This document shows, in pieces, positions 12,395 through 24,972 of a DNA stretch of 64,000 bases (its first letter is position 1; every line of letters starts with the position of its first letter). The translations under genes and the position numbers were made by a program. This DNA comes from Mobula hypostoma (taxonomy: Eukaryota), in the NCBI RefSeq assembly GCF_963921235.1, contig NC_086098.1, forward strand, positions 182,900,001-182,964,000, written 5' to 3'. The notes under the pieces were generated by a model. That model was not told the origin of the DNA. It searched no databases and worked only from the letters and a program-made list of their open reading frames with translations.

Positions 12395-13005
12395 TCTGGG
12401 GCCACATGTCCACAGATCCCTGAAAGTTGCCTCACAGGTAGATAGGGTAGTTAAGAAAGCTTATGGAGTGTTAGCTTTCATAAGTCGAGGGATAGTTTAA
12501 GAGTCACGAGGTAATGATGCAGCTCTATAAATCTCTGGTTAGGCCACACTTGGAGTACTGTGTCCAGTTCTGGTCGCCTCACTATAGGAAGGATGTGGAC
12601 GCATTGGAAAGGGTACAGAGGAGGTTTACCAGGGTGCTGCCTGGTTTAGAGAGTATGGATTATGATCAGAGATTAAGGGAGCTAAGGCTTTACTCTTTGG
12701 AGAGGAGGAGGATGAGAGGAGACATGATAGAGGTATACAAGATATTAAGAGGAATAGATAGAGTGGATAGCCAGCACCTCTTCCCCAGGGCACCACTGCT
12801 CAGTACAAGACGACATGGCTTTAAGGTAAGGGGTAGGAAGTTCAAGGGGGATATTAGAGGAAGATTTTTACTCAGAAATTGGTTGGTGCATGGAATGCAC
12901 TGCCTGAGTCAGTGGTGGAGGCAGATACACTAGTGAAATTTAAGAGACTACTAGACAGGTATATGGAGGAATTTAAGGTGGGGGGGTATATGGGAGGCGG
13001 GGTTT
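12395..13005 (+). mobile_element. CR1-type LINE 3' fragment, relatively young
   Basis: ORF 12514..12933 LYKSLVRPHLEYCVQFWSPHYRKDVDALERVQRRFTR. Confidence 0.9.
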
Positions 13006-13459
13006 GAGGAAAACAAATTCTGCAAATAAGAAAAATAAATATTACTGAGAACATGAGTTGTAGAGTCCTTGAAAGTCAATAGGTTGTGGAATCAGTTCAG
13101 AGTCAAAATGCTTTGGATCAATTCAGAGTTAAGGTGAGTGAAATTACCCACTTTGGTTCAGGAGCCTGATGGTTGTAGGGTAATAACTGTTCCTGAGTTA
13201 TTTTCCTGGGTTGGGACATCTGCTCAGACCCCTGACTAGGAAAGAGGTGGAAGTAGGGAGGGATGGAAAGAGAGGAAATTACCTGTCTTGTGACATAAAC
13301 AAATTGTACTTATTTTCTCAGAATATAATTGCATCAAATTTAATATATTTCTCAAATGAATATTACGTGCAATTTAGAACTGACTCAGGCTGAACATGAA
13401 ACAAAATCATTCTCTGGATAGAATTTTATGTGGGAAATATAATAAAGAACTAAACTTAC

Positions 13460-13674
13460 GTGCACAGTTCTTGCTGATCAACGCATCGCCGTAGAAACCT
13501 GGGGCACAGTGCTCGCAGTGAGGCCCAGCAGTGTTGTGCATGCACCCCAGACAAACTCCTGTCAGTGAATCGCAATTACTGAAGAGCATGTTTGAGTCTG
13601 TGTTGCCGTTACAATTGCACGGCTCACACTGGCTTCCCAAAACCGCTGGGTTTCCATAGTAGCCTGGAGCACAC
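13460..13674 (-). CDS. lama5: laminin alpha-5 exon, LE ([19 protein letters not shown]...ISKNCA)
   Basis: ttgtgaag| ... |gtaagt; 215 nt, phase 2->1. Confidence 0.95.
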
Positions 13675-13984
13675 CTTCACAATAAAGGACAAGGCAGAAA
13701 TAGTTAGGATAATTTTTTAAAAAATCCACGTAAGTTTATAGTCATAACAGCAAATTATGCAAGGATTTGGATTATATCGCAGGTGAAAACATGATTTGAT
13801 CAGTCCAAGATAGGCACAGCATAGCTCAATAGCTTCCCTGCCACGGACCTTTAATGACGTTGGTAGTGTGGCTGAGTAAACACAATACACACATATCCAG
13901 GAGGTTAGGAGAGTCATCTCCAGAGATGCCTACTGTTCACTGTGGTTATGAAGCTAAAGCCATCCGTAGCCTATTTCCCATAAA

Positions 13985-14665
13985 ACCATAAGACATAGGA
14001 GTAGAATTAGGTCATTTGACCCATCGAGTCCCCACCACCATTTCATCATGGCTGATTCATTTCCCTTTCAGCCCCAGTCTCCTGCCTTCTTCCCGTATCC
14101 TTTCATCCCTGACTGATCACGAACCTATCAACCTCTGCCTTAAACATACATAAAGATTTGGACTCCACAGCCGCCTGTGGCAACGAATTCCACAAACTCC
14201 CACCCTCTGGCTAAAGTAATTTCTCCTCATCTCCATTCCCAAGTGATGTCCCTCTATTCTGAGGCTGGACTCTCTCACTATAGGAAACATCCTCGCCACA
14301 TCCGCTCTATCCAGGCCTTTCTATATTCAATAGGTTTCAAGGACATCCCTCATTTTTCTAAATTCCAGCGAGTAATAGCCTAAAGAAATCAACTGCTCCT
14401 CATACGACAAGTCTTTTATTCCTGGAATCAGTCTCATGAACCCTCTCTAATGTCAGCACATTCTTTCTTAGACAAGGGGCTCAAAACTGCTCACAATACT
14501 CCAAATGAGGTGTCACAGATGCCTTATAAAGCCTGAACATTACATCCTTACTTTATATTCCAGTTGTCTCAAAATGAATGTTATCATTGCTTTTGCCTTC
14601 CACAGCACCGACTTAACCTGCAAATTAACCTTTAGGGAATCCTGCTCAAGGACTCCCAAGTTTTT
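13985..14665 (-). mobile_element. CR1-type LINE 3' fragment
   Basis: EMRRNYFSQRV motif; homologous to 22910-23240. Confidence 0.8.
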
Positions 14666-14939
14666 GAATTTTCTCTCCAATTTCTCATCTTTACAAGTGG
14701 CTGTCTTTTGAGAATTATTATACTTGACTAATCAGGCCTAAGTATAGATCGGGATTGCAAAGTCAAATCCAACAGGCTTCAGTACACATTTTCCAAGAGT
14801 CTCCTTTAATAGATTGACAGATGCACAAAAATGGGTAGTTTTATTCCTTGATCAACCTCCTGCTGTACAGATCTGCTGACCCAGTTTCATGGGCACCCTG
14901 GGTTTATTGGCTATTCTTACAGAGAAAGTGGTTGGAAAG

Positions 14940-15390
14940 TTTTCCAAGCATCTCTGCTCCATCCACCAAGAGCGGAACTTTCTGGTGGCCAAACATTTTA
15001 ATTCCCATTCCCATTCCGTCATGTCGGTCTATGGCTCCTTTTTTGCCAAGATGAGGCCACCCTCAGGGTGGAAGAGCAACACTTTATATTCCGACTGGCT
15101 AGCCTCCAACCTGATGGCATGAATATCGATTTCTCCTTCTGGTAAAAGATGTTTTCCCTCCCCTCCTCCCTCTTCTATTCCACACTCTGGCCTTCTTCCT
15201 CCTCTCACCTACCTATTACTTCCCCTGGGTCCCCTCCTCCTTCCCTTTCTCCTAAAGCCCACGCTCCTCTCCTATCAGATTCCTTTTCAGTCCTGATGAA
15301 GATTCTCGTTCTGAAACGTCCACTGTTTATTCATTTCCATGGATGCTGCCTGACCTGCTGAATTCTTCCAGCATTTTGTGTGTGCTGTTT
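14940..15390 (+). mobile_element. Penelope-like element 3' fragment (GIY-YIG C-terminus plus hammerhead-bearing terminal repeat)
   Basis: KHL..VAKHFNSHSHS and degenerate EEQHFIFRLASLQPDGMNIDF; CTGATGA at 15293, GAAA at 15313. Confidence 0.8.
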
Positions 15391-15494
15391 TTTCTTATTA
15401 CGTCTTAAGTTCAGCTATTACAACCGATTCCATTTTAATGAATCAGATATATCAGCGACACCTTCTGACTGCCATGGTCTACACTGCATGACGC

Positions 15495-16165
15495 TATGGA
15501 GGGAGGAGAAGATGGCGACGCGACGCAGCGCGTGCGGCCCCTCCGGTGGTGATATCTGTTATCTGTCAAGTAGGATGCTGTGCACAATCCTGATTCTGAT
15601 TCAATGGAGGCAGACGTGAGAGCATGGAGGAACATCTGGTGAAACTTCTGAAATGCCTGTTTCGCTGCCGCCGCTACTGTGTGATCTGAAACCTCCGGAG
15701 GGGAAGGCTCCGAATCCTCGGCTTTGCCTGTTGCTTGGTGGCCGGGGCAGGGGTCGAAGCGCTCGGCAGAGATGGTGCTCGGTGTCAGAGAGCTGGTCGG
15801 AGGCTCGAAGTTTTCGGACGGACTCAGAGTCCGACTGTGGTCAGGTGCTTCCAGGATGCTGCATCGGCAAGTTTGCGGCGCTGGAAGCTCATGGCAGGGA
15901 GAGTTTCTCCATTCTACTGTCTGCGTGAGATGTTGGGGCTATCGGGACTTTGAGACTTTTTTTAACCGTGCCCATGGTCTGCTCTTATCAAATTACGGTA
16001 TTGCTTTGCACTGTTGTAACTATATGTTATAATTATGTGGTTTTTGTCAGTTTTAGTCTTGGTCTGTGATATCATACTGGGGGAACATTGTATCATTTTT
16101 TAATGTATGCATTTCTAAATGACAATAAATGAGGACTGAGTGTCCTCATAATCTATAATCTATAA
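15495..16165 (+). mobile_element. unclassified interspersed repeat, CpG-rich head with (taatcta)-type tail; second copy at 42835-43395
   Basis: Two copies align over more than 500 bp. Confidence 0.7.
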
Positions 16166-16191
16166 TGCACGGCTGCTCACATGACACTCAC

Positions 16192-16272
16192 CTTTCACAA
16201 TTTAAGCCAGCATACCCTGGTTTACAGAGACACTGTAAATGGCTTCCACGTTGAACACAGTCCTTTGCAAAG
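16192..16272 (-). CDS. lama5: laminin alpha-5 exon, LE ([26 protein letters not shown])
   Basis: gattgcag| ... |gtgagt; 81 nt, phase 2->2. Confidence 0.94.
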
Positions 16273-16415
16273 CTGCAATCAAAGTCAAGAGCAGAGAACA
16301 AATTGTGAAAATAAACATTAAGAAACAACAATTTAAGACCAAGTTCATTTTAAAGACCACCAGCCGCTGTGCTCTGATCAGTGGACAACGGATCTGGTGG
16401 TCCAGGTATACATAC

Positions 16416-16543
16416 TTGTTAGAAGAAACACTGAGGGGACATGGACACTGTACACAGAAAGAAGCTGCCTGAAGAGTGGTGCTTGGAACCAATCCGGCCT
16501 TACAGCGCTCACAGCTGTCTCCCTCCGTGTTATGCTGACAGTT
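16416..16543 (-). CDS. lama5: laminin alpha-5 exon, LE ([17 protein letters not shown]...[10 protein letters not shown])
   Basis: cttcacag| ... |gtatgt; 128 nt, phase 0->2. Confidence 0.94.
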
Positions 16544-17395
16544 CTGTGAAGAAAAGTTTTATAATTAAACACTTGGCTGGCTAACTCACTCCACAAACAT
16601 TCTTGGGGAAAAGAACAGATTTAAGGTTCAGCTCTCAGGAACATAGACGACTAGTGGGGAGACTTGTCTATGACCCTCTGTTCGTACGGCCAGCTATTCA
16701 AATCCAAATTTAGAGATACAGCATGACAACAGGCCTCTCCAACCCAACATGCCCGCACAGTTCAATTACACCCATACAACCAATGAACCCACTAACATGT
16801 ACGCCTTTGGAACATGGGACCGCAGCACCCGGAGGAAACCTATTTACGGGGAGAATATACAAACTCCTTACAGACAGCCGCAGAATTGAACCCAGGTCGC
16901 TGGAGCTGTAAATCAGGAGCCACTTTTGATTGTTAATATTACTCGCAGGCTGGCAAATGGGAACCAAAGCTCCAGCATTGCAGGAAGCACTTGTGCTCGA
17001 GTGCAGCCGAGTAAAGAAAGAATTAATCACCGTGGCTCACAAGTTAACCACTATGCCCTTCACTCAGTGAGTAAAAGGCTGGTGTTGCAGTATTACCAGT
17101 GTTGTGAAGCCCAGAAATCTCAGTCAGCCTTGCTCTCTGATATTGAAATTTGTACTGGGTAATGTTGGGAATCGCACCGATTTCTGATTCATTTTCTAAA
17201 GATGAAAAAGCAGTGTTGCATCTACAAACCTTTTCTAAATGCAAGCATGATTCAATAAACATACCAACATATTAGTAAAATTAAAACTGTCAGTTGTTAA
17301 GTGAAACTACCTCTCATTCATTTGATTCATAGGTAAATTTTGGGATTTCTCCCATAAAATCAATTAATCACATATCCCAGTTTACAATAAATTTG

Positions 17396-17654
17396 GGATG
17401 GCATAGTAGCTTAGTGGTTAGCACAACGCTTTACGGTACCAGAGACAACGCTTCAATTCCTGCCACTGCCTGTAAGGATTTGTACGTTTTCCCTATGGCC
17501 GTGTGGGTTTCCTCAGGGTGCTCCGGTTTCCTCCCACGGTCCAAAGATGGACTGGTTGATTGGTCATTGTAAATTGTCCTATGATTAGGCTCGGATTAAA
17601 TCAGGGGACTGCTGGATGGTGCAACTCGAAGGGCTGGAAGGGCCTATTCTACAC
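17396..17654 (+). mobile_element. tRNA-derived SINE (family A)
   Basis: A-box-like tagcttagtgg, B-box-like gcttcaattcc, conserved gtgtgggtttcctc..ggtgctccggtttcctcccac core. Confidence 0.75.
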
Positions 17655-18160
17655 CAGAGGTCCCCAATCTTTTTGGCACCTCGGACCGGTTCAGGTAGGA
17701 TTAAACTCACCTCAACATGTCTTTTACAGTTAGGGTTGCCAACTTTCTCACTCCCAAATGAGGGACAAAAGTAGCAGTCAAATATGGGACACTTGTGTTT
17801 ACCCCGAGAAAGACTACCATGACCATGAAGCCTAGCGCGGGCAGCTCTGTGCGCATGCGCGTATGTGCCGATTTTTTTCCACAAATCAGTTTTGGCTTAA
17901 TCTTCCACACTACACTGTACATACATTAATTCTACTTTATATAGGCTGTGTATTTGTCATATCATTCCTGCTTTTACTACATGTTAGTGTTATTTTAGAT
18001 TTTATGTGTTATTTGTTACGATTTGGTAGGTAATTTTTTGGGTCTGGGAACGCTCAAAAATTTTTCCCATATAAATTAATGGTAATTGCTTCTTCAATTT
18101 ATGCCATTTCGGCACAAAAGGTTTCATAGGAACACTCTACCTTAGCGGGGGGAAATACGG
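17655..18160. mobile_element. composite non-autonomous DNA element (hAT-like end, Harbinger-MITE-shared segment, Tigger fragment)
   Basis: Segments match 1125-1175 and the reverse complement of about 45495-45720. Confidence 0.65.
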
Positions 18161-18436
18161 TAGCATATTCCAGACACCCACCACTCTGTGTAAAACAAAA
18201 GTGTATCACAAATCTCCTTTAAACTTGCCCCCTTTTCACCTTAAACTTGTGCCCTCTAGAATTTGACATTTCCATCCTGGGAGAAAGACTCACCATCTAT
18301 CTCTGCCTCTCATAGTTTTACACACTTTTCTCAAGCTTCCCCTCAGCTTCTGATGTCCCGTATTTCTTTCTTTTATAAAGGAAGTTCTTATTTCAATATA
18401 ATTTAACAAATTGCAAAACAAATAAAATACACTTAC

Positions 18437-18550
18437 TATACATATTCCAGATCCATCAAGGCACTGGTCAGAATGGCCATTGCAATTACAGGGCACACAT
18501 TTCCCCAGGAAAAGGCCCTTTGTGTCCCGATAATAACCTGGTGCACAGTC
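18437..18550 (-). CDS. lama5: laminin alpha-5 exon, LE ([38 protein letters not shown])
   Basis: cccaaaag| ... |gtaagt; 114 nt, phase 0->0. Confidence 0.95.
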
Positions 18551-20409
18551 CTTTTGGGGACACAGAAAGGAAACATATTCAGTGTTTGGAACATTTAGTT
18601 TTCCTCAGTTTTCCAGATAATATGTTATAGTCACACCTGTACTACAGTGGCAAAATTAAATTCAGTTCAAGCATCAGCACCAGTCACAGTCTTGTTAATG
18701 AAACTGGTGTTAACAGCAACAATCTCCATTAAATGACAACATACCCAAAGCAAATTGATAAAAAATGCAATGATTCTCAGATGCCTGAAAATGCTGCAAT
18801 TTTTGTCAGGTAACTGTGTCAAGAGACATAGATCTAAGGTACAATGTGGGACAGAGGCCCTAATTCGCCGTGATGTAACCGAATGGCTCAAGAAACAAAA
18901 TAGCCCCCCCCCACCACCGATCCTAACGATAACTTGCAAATTATGAAAATCAAAAAATCAAAGCTGCTTTTTTTCCTCTTTCCCAGTTCAGATGAAGGGT
19001 TAACTGTTTCTTTTTGTACCAACTCCATCTGATCAGCCGAAAGTTCCCAGCATTTGCTGTTATTACGTTGTAACCAGGGCACCACAGTGGTGTGGTGGCT
19101 AGTGTGACACTATTGCAGCTCGGGGTGTCAGAGGTTGGAGTTCAATGTCAACATCATCTGTAAGGAGTTCCTACGTCCTCCTTTAGGACGGCATGGTAGC
19201 ACAGTGGTCAGCAAAACACTGTAGAGCGCCGGTGACTCGGTTTCAATTCCCGCCGTGGGTTTCCTCACACAGTCCAAAGATGTAGTGAATTGTACGATAA
19301 TCGGTCATGGCGCATTGTTCCGCAATTGTGCTAAGTTTAGGAGCCTGTTAACAGTATGTCTTGAAGGGTGGGAAGGACCCATTCCACATTGTATCTCTAC
19401 ATAAATAAACTCAAATCTCTACACGAGGTGGCCCATTATTCTGGTCTGGGCAATTTCATTTTGACTTTGATATTTCTTCTTCCTGTCCTTTAGGAGAAGT
19501 ATTTCAAATTTGTATTTCTGATCTAAAATACACTTGAGCACTACAGTATCAGCGGTCCATGAGGGACAATGAGGTAAAGCCTATAGATCCCCAGACCGCT
19601 GCTGTGTTAATTCTCTTCTGGGAATGGAAATCTGTAAAAACACCCTCTGGATGGCAACAGACCACTGATGATGAGAACAATATCTGGTATAAATCTAACA
19701 AAGTAAAAGGAGGCCGTTTGGTTCAATCTGCCTGTGTTTATACCATAAAGAACCCATCAATTGACTTCACGAGAGATTCTGCAGAAGCTGGAAGTCCTGA
19801 GCAATACACACAAAATGCTAGAGGAACTCAGCAGGTCAGGCATCATCTGTGGAGGGAAATTAACAGTAGATATTTTGGGCTGAGATCCTTCATCAGGGCT
19901 AGAGTTCTTTCCTGGAGCCCTAGAGATTTTACCCTGGCAGGTTGTCAAAAAAGATTCCACTTTGGAAAGGGAAGTAACTCTGCAAAGGATCTCTCAGCCA
20001 TTGCTGCACTTATTGGCAGAGGGGTCAAGAACTAGGAGACAAAAGAATCAGGGTGATCTGCAAAAGAAGCAAAACTAGTGAGGTAAAATCGTTTCATGCA
20101 GCATGCGGTTGAGCTAAATGGAAGCAGACTGAGTGAAAGGAAGGTGAAGTACGGAGGATGCAGGAATAGAGTCAGCTAGACCTGTTCTTATCTGGAGTCA
20201 TTACAAACTCTTTGGGCCAAGGCCTCTTTTCCCTTTTGGTCCAATCTATACTGTGAGCTACCACCAGCGCTCTAAATCTCAAGGAAGGTCATACGCAAGT
20301 TTAAAAAAAATTAGCCACACAGCCCAACTTTCCGAGACATGAATGATTAATTTCCCACCTACAAGGAATTCACACAGCAGTGACCACGCACAAAAAGAAT
20401 CCCTCATAC

Positions 20410-20640
20410 CTGACAGGAATCCCCTACATAATTAGCCGGGCAGAGACAGATTTCCACGTTGCTGGCGGCATCTCCATCTCCGAAATCCGAAGCTTGCTCA
20501 AGGATTACGTTCCGCAGCGTGACAAGCTTGGCCAATTGAGAGTGAAGGGCTCGGATCTGCAGGTCACCCAGGCTGGCCAACACCATCATCATTTCTTCTC
20601 TTGACACAGGGTTATGTGTTTGCGCATGCCTGAAGTTACT
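20410..20640 (-). CDS. lama5: laminin alpha-5 exon, end of L4 ([21 protein letters not shown]...[11 protein letters not shown])
   Basis: ttgcacag| ... |gtatga; 231 nt, phase 0->0. Confidence 0.95.
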
Positions 20641-20772
20641 CTGTGCAAAAAGAAATTTGACCTGACATCAAATGCATTTATACCTTAATTATCGGAAACA
20701 GAATTCAATTTCTATACGGGTGTCTTCTCAGCTCTTATTTTCCACAATAATTCAATTCTTTGTTTATCAGAA

Positions 20773-22029
20773 ACTCAAGAGATTTCCACAGAGGCTGGAA
20801 ATCCAGCGCAACACCCACAAAATGCTGGAGGAGCTCAGCAGGTCTGGCAGCATCGATGGAAATGAATGAATAGTCAACATTTTGGGTTGAGACCCTTCAT
20901 CAGGACTGGAAAGGATGGGGGAAGAAGCCAGAATAAGAAGGAAAGGGGGAAAAGGAAAGAAGTATAAATTGATAGGTGAGGCCGGTCAGGTGGGGGATGA
21001 AGTGAGAAGCTGGGAGGTGACAGGTGGAAAAGGTAAAGAGCTGGAGAAGGAAACTAATATGAGAGGAGAGTGGACCCTGAGAGAAGGAGGAGGAAGAGGG
21101 ACATGGGGGGGGAGGGGTGACAGGCAGGTGAAGGGGTAGGAGAATCAGAATCAGGTTTACTATCACTGGGATGTGTCGTGAAATCACGGCGGGGGGGTAG
21201 TGGAGGCAGGGCAATCCCTGTGAAAAGTGAAGGGGGAGGTGGGAAGGTAAAGATGTATTTGGTGGTAGGTTCCCATTAAAGATGGTAGAAGTTATGGAGA
21301 ATGGCATGCTGGATGTAGAGATACATGGGGTGAGAAGTGAGGACAAAAGGTACTCTATCTCTGTTAAGGTGAGGGGAAGATGGGGTGAGGACAGATTTTA
21401 GAAAATAGGAGAGATAGGGGTGAGGGCAGGGTAAATGGTGGAGGAAAGGAAACTCCACTCGTTGAAGGAGGACGACAGCTGTGATGTCCTAGAAAGGAAA
21501 GCCTCACCCTGGGAACAGATGCTTGGAGCCAAAGGAACTGAGAAAAGGGATGGCATTTTTACAGAATTGAATTGAATTGACTTTAGTACTTACATCCTTC
21601 ATATACATGAGGAGTAAAAATCTTTAAGTTATGTGTCTGTCTAAATGTGTAATGTGCAATTATAGAAATTTTTAATAAATATTATGTACAACAGGATAGT
21701 CAGTATAACATAGAAATACTGTTGTGTCAGCATGAGTTAAGCAGTCTGATGGCCTGGTGGAAGACGCTGTCCCGGAGCCTGTTGGTCCTGACTTTTATGC
21801 TGCGGTACTGTTTCCTGGATGGTAGCAGCTGGAACAGTTTGTGGTTGGGGTGACTCTGGTCTCCAATGATCAGGAGACAGAGTGGGAAGAGGTATAGTCA
21901 AGACAGCTGTGGGAGTCTGTAGGTTTATAAAAGGTATCGGTAGACAGATCGAGCAAGGAGAGGGAGGTGTCAGAAATGGACCAAGTGAATTTAAGGGCGG
22001 AATGGAAGTTGGAGGCAAACCTGATGAAA
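20773..22029 (-). mobile_element. Penelope-like retroelement, 5' truncated, with a nested Rex/Babar-type fragment (about 21563-21870)
   Basis: RDRVPFVLTSHP and YKPTDSHS-type peptides, terminal repeat, degenerate TSD ttgtttat..gaa (20760-20772, 22030-22042). Confidence 0.8.
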
Positions 22030-22217
22030 TTGTTTATTCGAATGCATGGTTTAACCTCACTCTCACTCTTAAAATACCGCTCCTCTCTTCCTTATAAACC
22101 ACAGAACATGCACTTGCACTCCATACATTCCTCTCCAAAGCTAAATCTGCTGAGCACATGAAGAATTAGTGCTTGATGCAACTCCACCCTACTGTAAATT
22201 TGAGAGAGGGTCTAAAG

Positions 22218-22297
22218 CAGGGGTTCCCAAACTTTTTTATATCATGGACCCCGACCATTAACTGAGGAGTCCATGGATCCCGGGTTGGGAACCCTTG
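22218..22297. mobile_element. 80-bp hAT-type MITE (other copies at 24323-24402 and about 62910-62980)
   Basis: TIR caggggttcccaa / ttgggaacccttg; degenerate 8-bp TSD gtctaaag / gactaagg. Confidence 0.7.
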
Positions 22298-22429
22298 GAC
22301 TAAGGCCACACTTTGTGAATAAACCCATTACAGTTTGTTTAAACACTCTCAAAGGGAGGGGAGAAATCCTTTGTTTTCAAAGGCACTGAATCCAAACAAG
22401 ACTTCTAATGGTACTGATCAAACAAGTTT

Positions 22430-23290
22430 TCAGTTCTGGTCTCCTCATTATAGGAAGGATGTGAAAACTTTAAAGAGAGGGTGCAGAGGAGACCTACCAG
22501 GATGCTGCCTGGATTAGAGAGCATGTCTTATGAGGATAGTTTGAGCGTGCTAGGGCTTTTCTCTCTGGAGTGAAGGATGATGAAAGGTGACTTGATATGT
22601 GTACAAGATGATAAGAGGCATAGATCAAATGGACAGCTAATGACTTTTTCCCAGGGTGGAAATGACTAACACACAGGGGCATATTTTTAAGGTGTTTGGA
22701 GGGAAGTTTGTTGGGGGGGGGTGGTTTCAGAGGTGGGTGTTTTTTTTAAACACAGTAAGTGGTGAGTGTCTGAAATGCATTGCTGGGGTAGTGGTAGAGG
22801 CAGATACAAGAGGGATATTTATGAGACTCTTAGATGGGCACATGGATGAAAGAAAAATGGAGGGCTATGTGGGAGGGAAGGACTTAAAGGCCTTGATAGA
22901 GTACGTGTGGAAAGGATGTTTCCTATGGCGGAAGTGTCCAAGACCAGAGGACACAGCCTCAGAATAGAGGGGCATCCTTTAAGAATGGAGATGAGGAGCA
23001 ATTTCTTCAGTCAGAGAGTAGTGAATCTGTGGAATTCGTTGCCGCAGGCAGCTGTGGAGGCCAAGTTCTTATGAATAGTTAAGGCAGAGGTTGATAAATT
23101 CTTGATTGGTCAGGGCATGAAGGGATATGGGGAGAAGGCAAGAGATTGAGGGCGAGAGGAAAAATGAATCAGCCATAATGAAATGGTGGAACAGACTCAA
23201 TGGGCCAAATGGACTAATTCTGTTCCTATATCTTATAGTCTTATGATTGGATTGATCTTGGAGTAGGTTAAAAGGTTGGCAAAATATTGT
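22430..23290 (+). mobile_element. two nested CR1-type LINE 3' fragments
   Basis: QFWSPHYRKDV motif; second subfamily begins near 22890. Confidence 0.8.
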
Positions 23291-23624
23291 GGATTGTGCT
23301 TTAATGTTCTATGTTTGATAAGACTATCAGAGCAGGTTGTACTTGCCTTCACAATGATTGCATTAGATCGATACACCGAGCTCGAGTGCAACCAACCAGC
23401 ATTTAGTGCGTAAACAGCCAAGACTAATCTCTCTGCCTCTCTTTTCTTTTTAAACTTCAAGCCTGAAATGAATGGTAATTGTAACAGTCCTGTCCTGTGT
23501 GTTTCTTTGGGTGCTGTGAACTTGCTTGGTACATGAAACACACAGAACCAATCGACACTCAGCACTGTTGTAACTGCAGTTTTTCAAGTTGTAGATGCAC
23601 ATAATGAATTAATCAATTGCAAAC

Positions 23625-23708
23625 CTCCACCAGCTGAAGCTGGTTCTCATGAAGCTGCCCGGGTGCAGGATACTCCTTGGCTACATACATTATGGTCATT
23701 TGGTTTCC
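23625..23708 (-). CDS. lama5: laminin alpha-5 exon, L4 domain (GNQMTIMYVAKEYPAPGQLHENQLQLVE)
   Basis: ttcctcag| ... |gtttgc; 84 nt, phase 0->0. Confidence 0.92.
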
Positions 23709-23892
23709 CTGAGGAATAAGAAGGAAATAAACAAATATGAAGAAAAATCCCCAACTAGAAAGATCAGTTAACCATGTCTGAATGACGTATAATTCAGAAT
23801 TAAAAGATTTAGAATATTTCAAAAACTGTACACTCCAGACTCAGTTGCTTACAGAGAAGTCCACATGAGCTGAACCTTTACACAAATCTCAC

Positions 23893-23997
23893 CTTCAGAA
23901 TGACATCAGGGCGAACTTCGACCGGTAGTGAGATGATGTCACCGCGCAGAACTTCAGATCGAAGCTGATACTTCAAGTGCCCTCCGTACGAGGAAAC
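23893..23997 (-). CDS. lama5: laminin alpha-5 exon, L4 domain ([35 protein letters not shown])
   Basis: ctttgaag| ... |gtgaga; 105 nt; laminin-B SYGG motif. Confidence 0.95.
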
Positions 23998-24750
23998 CTT
24001 CAAAGGAGGAAAGGCTTTTGTTACATCTGACTGGAGATTTAAGGCACAAATTGAAGAACGGAAGTAGTAAAGATTTGAAAAGGTTTGCACAGCACCAAGT
24101 TATTTTGTAGATAGGGAGGTACAACAGTCCCAAGATTTCATGCAGAAAATGATTGTTTACTCTGGGATGGGACAGGTCTGACGCCCAAGTTGTTTAGAAT
24201 GTCTTATCTTATGATAAGATGGAATCTGTCCTCAAAATCTTGCACTGTATTGTTTACCATCAATGTTGATTTTTGCAATAGCTTTTACATTTTATTCTGC
24301 ATTGTTATTGTTTTACCTTATTCAGGGGTTCCCATCCTGGGGTTCATGGACCTCTCGGTTAATGGTAAGGATCCATGGCATTAAAAAGGTTGGGTACCCT
24401 TCCAGCTCAATGCATCATATAACGATTTGATCAGTATAAACAGAATGCAAGACAAGCTTTCCACTATATTTTGGTACATATGACAATAATAAACCAATAC
24501 TAATACCATCCTGGATCTCCGCACCCACCATCTGGACATTTAGGGATTAAATATAAATGCTAGCCTCCTGGTGACACCCACATGCTAAGAATGAGTGTGA
24601 CGAGAAGCAATTCCTCAGTATAGAAGTTGAGCTAATGCAACATTACATATGAAATGCAAATGTTAATATGCTATCATATCGATAGTTGGTTAGTCAAATC
24701 ACCCTAGAAACTCCCGGTGATATGTGATTGGTCAAAGATGATAAGTGTAC

Positions 24751-24912
24751 CTGGTCTCCAAGATAGGACACTGGTGCCTGCCAATACAGTTCCTGGTAGA
24801 TATCGGCCAGATCACGAAGGTTCACTTCAACTTCCCTCTTTTCAGAGTTGTGGGATACTGGCAATTCTTGGCGATCTCCACTCACCAGCTTCCATCCCTC
24901 CATATCCACTAA
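24751..24912 (-). CDS. lama5: laminin alpha-5 exon, L4/IVa domain (LVDMEGWKLV...LYWQAPVSYLGDQ)
   Basis: gatttcag| ... |gtacac; 162 nt, phase 0->0. Confidence 0.94.
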
Positions 24913-24972
24913 CTGAAATCAAAAAGCAGGACATGGTGAGAGGTTTCCCCAAACTGAAGTGGTTTAATTTTG

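Noticed and set aside
18551-20409. Alternative signal-peptide first exon of the laminin alpha-3A type
   Set aside because: No ATG-plus-hydrophobic exon with a phase-0 donor found; the intron is mostly SINE and Penelope fragments.
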